Assembly (NCBI GenBank): GCA_965225945.1
Contig: CBDDBZ010000035.1
Location: 192,001 to 256,000 of the forward strand
Direction: 5' to 3'
Length of the DNA: 64,000 nt
Source: Alphaproteobacteria bacterium
GTDB taxonomy: Bacteria > Pseudomonadota > Alphaproteobacteria > GCA-2731375
Of the stretch, positions 60,873-64,000 are shown piece by piece (the stretch's first letter is position 1; each line of letters starts with the position of its first letter). The notes beneath the pieces are model-generated. The model made no database searches and was not told the origin of the DNA. It worked only from the letters and a program-made list of their open reading frames with translations. The translations under genes and the position numbers were made by a program.

Positions 60873-61193
60873 ATTCAGGCCCTCTACCGACGCCAGCCAC
60901 GGAGCATTCTTCGTCGGATGCCGCGACGGGAGATGCAGGCGATTCGGAACGCCTTTGTCCGGTATGCATCCGACCCGGATGATCCTGGCGTCGATGTCCG
61001 CCGCCTAATCGGCGAGGAAGGTAATCGACTTCGCGTCGGCGGTTGGCGTTGCCTGTTCACCGTCGATGGAGCGTCGGAATTGATAGACGTCTACCTGATA
61101 GCGCGCCGAGGCGATGTATACAGCCGTCGAATATTTGGGGAATCACGCCATGAGCACGAAACATCGGTCCGCCCAGGTCACCAACAAAATTGA
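60873..61193 (+). CDS. RelE/ParE-family toxin; start non-canonical (ATT) or gene decayed, first ATG at 60918
   Basis: DVRRLIGEEGNRLRVGGWRCLF...IARRGDVY; in-frame IQALYRRQPRSILRRMP upstream of the ATG. Confidence 0.65.
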   Translation: MQALYRRQPRSILRRMPRREMQAIRNAFVRYASDPDDPGVDVRRLIGEEGNRLRVGGWRCLFTVDGASELIDVYLIARRGDVYSRRIFGESRHEHETSVRPGHQQN

Positions 61194-61575
61194 CCCGGAG
61201 AACGTGCAAATCATCACGAATGAACGAGGTGCCCCGGCCTTCGCCGTGCTCCCATGGGATCGGTATCTGGCCTTGGTCGATGAAGATTTCGATGCCGAAG
61301 AAGAGGCCGCCGACGTCGCCGCGCTTCGAGCGGCGATGGCCGAGGACGACGAGGGCCTGCCTGATGCACTGGTCGGCCGCCTCATCGACGGCGAGCATCC
61401 GATCCGCGTTTGGCGCCACCACCGGGGCATGACGCAGTCGACCCTCGCCGAGAAGATCGGGATCAAGCCCGCCTATCTAAGCCAAATCGAGACCGGCAAG
61501 CGCACAGGTTCCCTCGACCTCCACAGGCGGGTCGCCAAGGCGCTCGGCGTCCATATCGACGACTTGGTCGAGTGA
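61150..61575 (+). CDS. XRE-family HTH antitoxin (HigA-like)
   Basis: VQII..ERG.PAFAVLPWDRY, HPIRVWRHHRGMTQSTLAEKIGIKPAYLSQIETGKR. Confidence 0.85.
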   Translation: MSTKHRSAQVTNKIDPENVQIITNERGAPAFAVLPWDRYLALVDEDFDAEEEAADVAALRAAMAEDDEGLPDALVGRLIDGEHPIRVWRHHRGMTQSTLAEKIGIKPAYLSQIETGKRTGSLDLHRRVAKALGVHIDDLVE

Positions 61576-61803
61576 GCCAATCCACCTTTCTCTCTGCCGC
61601 CGGTGCATCGGGGCTGGTAGGCTCGGCGCGCCCGGGGACGGGCGCACTCGGGGGAGGCGGCACTCCACGGCGAGGTGGAGGCCCGGCGACGATTGACCGC
61701 GCTCGCTCGCGAGCACGCCGAGGACGACACCGTGGCGCTCGCCTACCGCACGCGTCTCGCCATGGCGATCCGACGAGCATTGTCCGACACGTCCTGAAGC
61801 GCT

Positions 61804-62397
61804 CTATGGCTCGCGGTAGAAGCGGTGGCGGCCGATGGTTCGGGTCGGGGCCAGGGCCTTGGACCAGGCCGGGCGAACGTAGAGCGCGTGGTAGTGGGTG
61901 GCGCCTTCGGTGATGTCGCGGTAGCCGCCGGAGCCGAGGATGCGGGCGAGGCGCACGGCGCTCGCCCAGGCGTGGCGGTCCCTCGGTCTGTCGGAGCGGC
62001 CATCGCAGGCGAAGGAGAACTGGCAGCGGTGGCGGCGATCGGCGTTCTGGAAGACGACGCCGCAGACCTCGTTCGGGTAGCGTCGATCGCGGGCCCGGTT
62101 CAACACCACTTGGGCCACCGCCATGCGGCCTTCCAGCGGCTCGCCCCGGGCCTCGAAATAGATCGCCTGGGCGAGACAGCGCTCGGCCTCGGCCAGGCCG
62201 GCGAAACCGATGTCACTCGCCGGGGCCGGCGGCTCCACGTGCCAACGGTCGGCCATCAAAATCCAGACGTAGGCGGCGACCAGAGCGGTCGCGATGATGC
62301 CACCCGCGCCGAGCGCGAGGGCCCGGCGGCGGCGGAGCTGCTCGAGGATCCGGCGCCACTTCGGAACGCGAAGGCGATGCCACGCAATCGGCCACAT
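61804..62397 (-). CDS. Cell wall hydrolase, SleB family
   Basis: CLAQAIYFEARGE, VAQVVLNR, CQFSFACDG, GATHYHA.YV.P.W, IGRHRFY. Confidence 0.88.
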   Translation of the reverse strand: MWPIAWHRLRVPKWRRILEQLRRRRALALGAGGIIATALVAAYVWILMADRWHVEPPAPASDIGFAGLAEAERCLAQAIYFEARGEPLEGRMAVAQVVLNRARDRRYPNEVCGVVFQNADRRHRCQFSFACDGRSDRPRDRHAWASAVRLARILGSGGYRDITEGATHYHALYVRPAWSKALAPTRTIGRHRFYREP

Positions 62398-62485
62398 GAT
62401 TCGCAATGTGGCGAAAAAATGTGGCGAAAGCCGGGCGAGACGGAGAGCCTATAATGTTGCTCGGCGAATCGGGGTGAGGCGGTGC

Positions 62486-63202
62486 ATGGCGCGCGGGCGG
62501 CGGATCCAGGCGGAGCGGCTCAGACTGCCGCCGCCGGACGACGATCTGGAGCTGGCGTTCCGGTTCAATCCCCGGGCCAAACGAGTGCTGTTGAAGTTCG
62601 ATGCCGTGGCGGGCGGCGCCGTGCTGGTCTGCCCGACGTTGGCCGCGCGGCCTCGCGCCGTCGCCTTCGCCCGGGAGAATGCGGTCTGGCTCCGCCGACG
62701 CTTGGCGGCGATGCCCGCTTCGGTGCCGTTTGGCGATGGCGCCACGATCCCGCTCCTCGGGCGGCCCTGTCGGATCCGCCATGATCCCAACGCCCGTCTG
62801 GGCGTCCGGCGGGAGGGCGACGAGATCCGCGTCTCCGGCCGGGCCGAGCACGTGGCGCGCCGCATCGGCGAGTGGCTCCGCGGCGAAGCCCGGCGTGAAA
62901 TCGCCGCGCGGGCGGAGGCCATGGCCGAACGGCTCGACGTCCGCATTCTCCGCATCACCATCCGCGATCCCCGCACGCGCTGGGGGAGCTGCTCCCCCAG
63001 CGGTGCCCTCTCCTTCTCCTGGCGGCTGATCCTGGCGCCGGCGCGCGTGCTCGACTATGTCGTCGCCCACGAGGTGGCGCACCTCCGCGAGGCGAGCCAC
63101 AGACCCGCTTTCTGGGCTCTGGTCGAGCGGCTGCACGACGATGTTCCCGGCGCGCGCGCCTGGCTCCGTCGCGAGGGCACGAGCCTGCATCGTCACGGCT
63201 GA
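62486..63202 (+). CDS. YgjP/DUF45 zinc metallopeptidase-like protein
   Basis: RTRWGSCS, FSWRL, DYVVAHEVAHL..H...FW. Confidence 0.88.
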   Translation: MARGRRIQAERLRLPPPDDDLELAFRFNPRAKRVLLKFDAVAGGAVLVCPTLAARPRAVAFARENAVWLRRRLAAMPASVPFGDGATIPLLGRPCRIRHDPNARLGVRREGDEIRVSGRAEHVARRIGEWLRGEARREIAARAEAMAERLDVRILRITIRDPRTRWGSCSPSGALSFSWRLILAPARVLDYVVAHEVAHLREASHRPAFWALVERLHDDVPGARAWLRREGTSLHRHG

Positions 63203-63386
63203 CGGAGAGGTCGACTCCGTGCCTGATGCCAGTGGCCGAAAGTCCCGACCGCCCCGCCCCCTTTCCAATCACCCGAGGGGCGACTATTCATGCTGAATTC
63301 GGGGCTTGGGCCGGGGAGAGGGTGGTTCGGTTCGGTTGGACCGTACTATCGAGCGCGCAAAGAAGCGCGCAAGGGAGGAACCACCG

Positions 63387-64000
63387 TTGACCATCGTGAT
63401 GTATGACCTGGTCGGCCTGGAGGATCGCCGCTTCAGCCCGTACTGTTGGCGCGCTCGCATGGCGCTCGCCCACAAGGGCCTAGAGTATGAGGCCCGGCCC
63501 ACCAGCTTCCAGCAGATTAAGGCCATCGGCGACGGCGGCCACGGCCGCGTGCCGGTGATCGAGGACGGTGGCCGTTTCGTCGCCGATTCCTGGGAAATCG
63601 CCGAATATCTCGATGAGAGCTATCCCGACCGGCCGAGCCTCTTCGGCGGCGCGAACGGCCGTGGCCTGGCGCGCTTCATCGACAATTGGACGACTGCGCT
63701 GATGGGCGAGATGATCCAGATGACGCTCGCCGACATCCACGAAAATCTCCTGCCCGAGGATCGCGGCTATTTCCGGGAGAGCCGGGAAAAGCGCTTCGGC
63801 AAGACCCTGGAGGAGGTGGTCGAGGGCCGCGAGGCACACCGCGAGACCTTGGCCGCCATGCTGGCGCCGCTTCGCCGCACGCTCGGCCGGCAGCCCTTCA
63901 TCGGCGGCGAGAGGCCGCATTACGCCGACGCCGACTATCTGGTCTTCGGCGCCTTCCAGTGGCCCAGGGTGGTCAGCCCGTTTACGCTGCTGGGGGAGGA
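63387..64000 (+). CDS. Glutathione S-transferase (beta-etherase LigE-like N-terminus), 3'-truncated by window edge
   Basis: TTG after GGGAGG; MYDLVGLEDRRFSPYCWRARMALAHKGL, VPVIEDG, DSWEIAEYL. Confidence 0.8.
   Translation, partial: MTIVMYDLVGLEDRRFSPYCWRARMALAHKGLEYEARPTSFQQIKAIGDGGHGRVPVIEDGGRFVADSWEIAEYLDESYPDRPSLFGGANGRGLARFIDNWTTALMGEMIQMTLADIHENLLPEDRGYFRESREKRFGKTLEEVVEGREAHRETLAAMLAPLRRTLGRQPFIGGERPHYADADYLVFGAFQWPRVVSPFTLLGE

Overview
GC-rich (roughly 70%) chromosomal window, most likely from an alphaproteobacterium (Rhodospirillales-like gene content and order: coaBC-dut-moeB, serC-serA-hisZ-purA, DUF2336, SleB-type hydrolase). Core segments: a PspA/DUF350/spermidine synthase/DUF2170/DUF2491/K+ channel envelope-stress operon (1-6189), housekeeping genes and several catabolic enzymes. 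There are two accessory regions. (i) A ~14.8 kb island (17103-31947) bounded by a duplicated 3' end of a class-V aminotransferase. It holds a tyrosine-integrase relic, an IS66 carrying a DNA methyltransferase, two more IS66 copies each hit by an IS1595-type element (one a non-autonomous cassette with a passenger gene), a shattered adenylate cyclase/TPR gene and a TPP-riboswitch thiamine-precursor ABC transporter. (ii) A second IS cluster (44364-51916: MITE, IS91 relic, IS21, truncated GMC oxidoreductase, IS5). Other non-coding signals are two tandem homologous candidate sRNAs with C-rich loops and a shared CRP/FNR-like box, twin 174-bp palindromic elements, and a BrnT-type TA module bracketed by a 25-bp gene-end duplication. 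No rRNA, tRNA or CRISPR array was seen. All family calls come from motif recognition by eye; no database searches were run.
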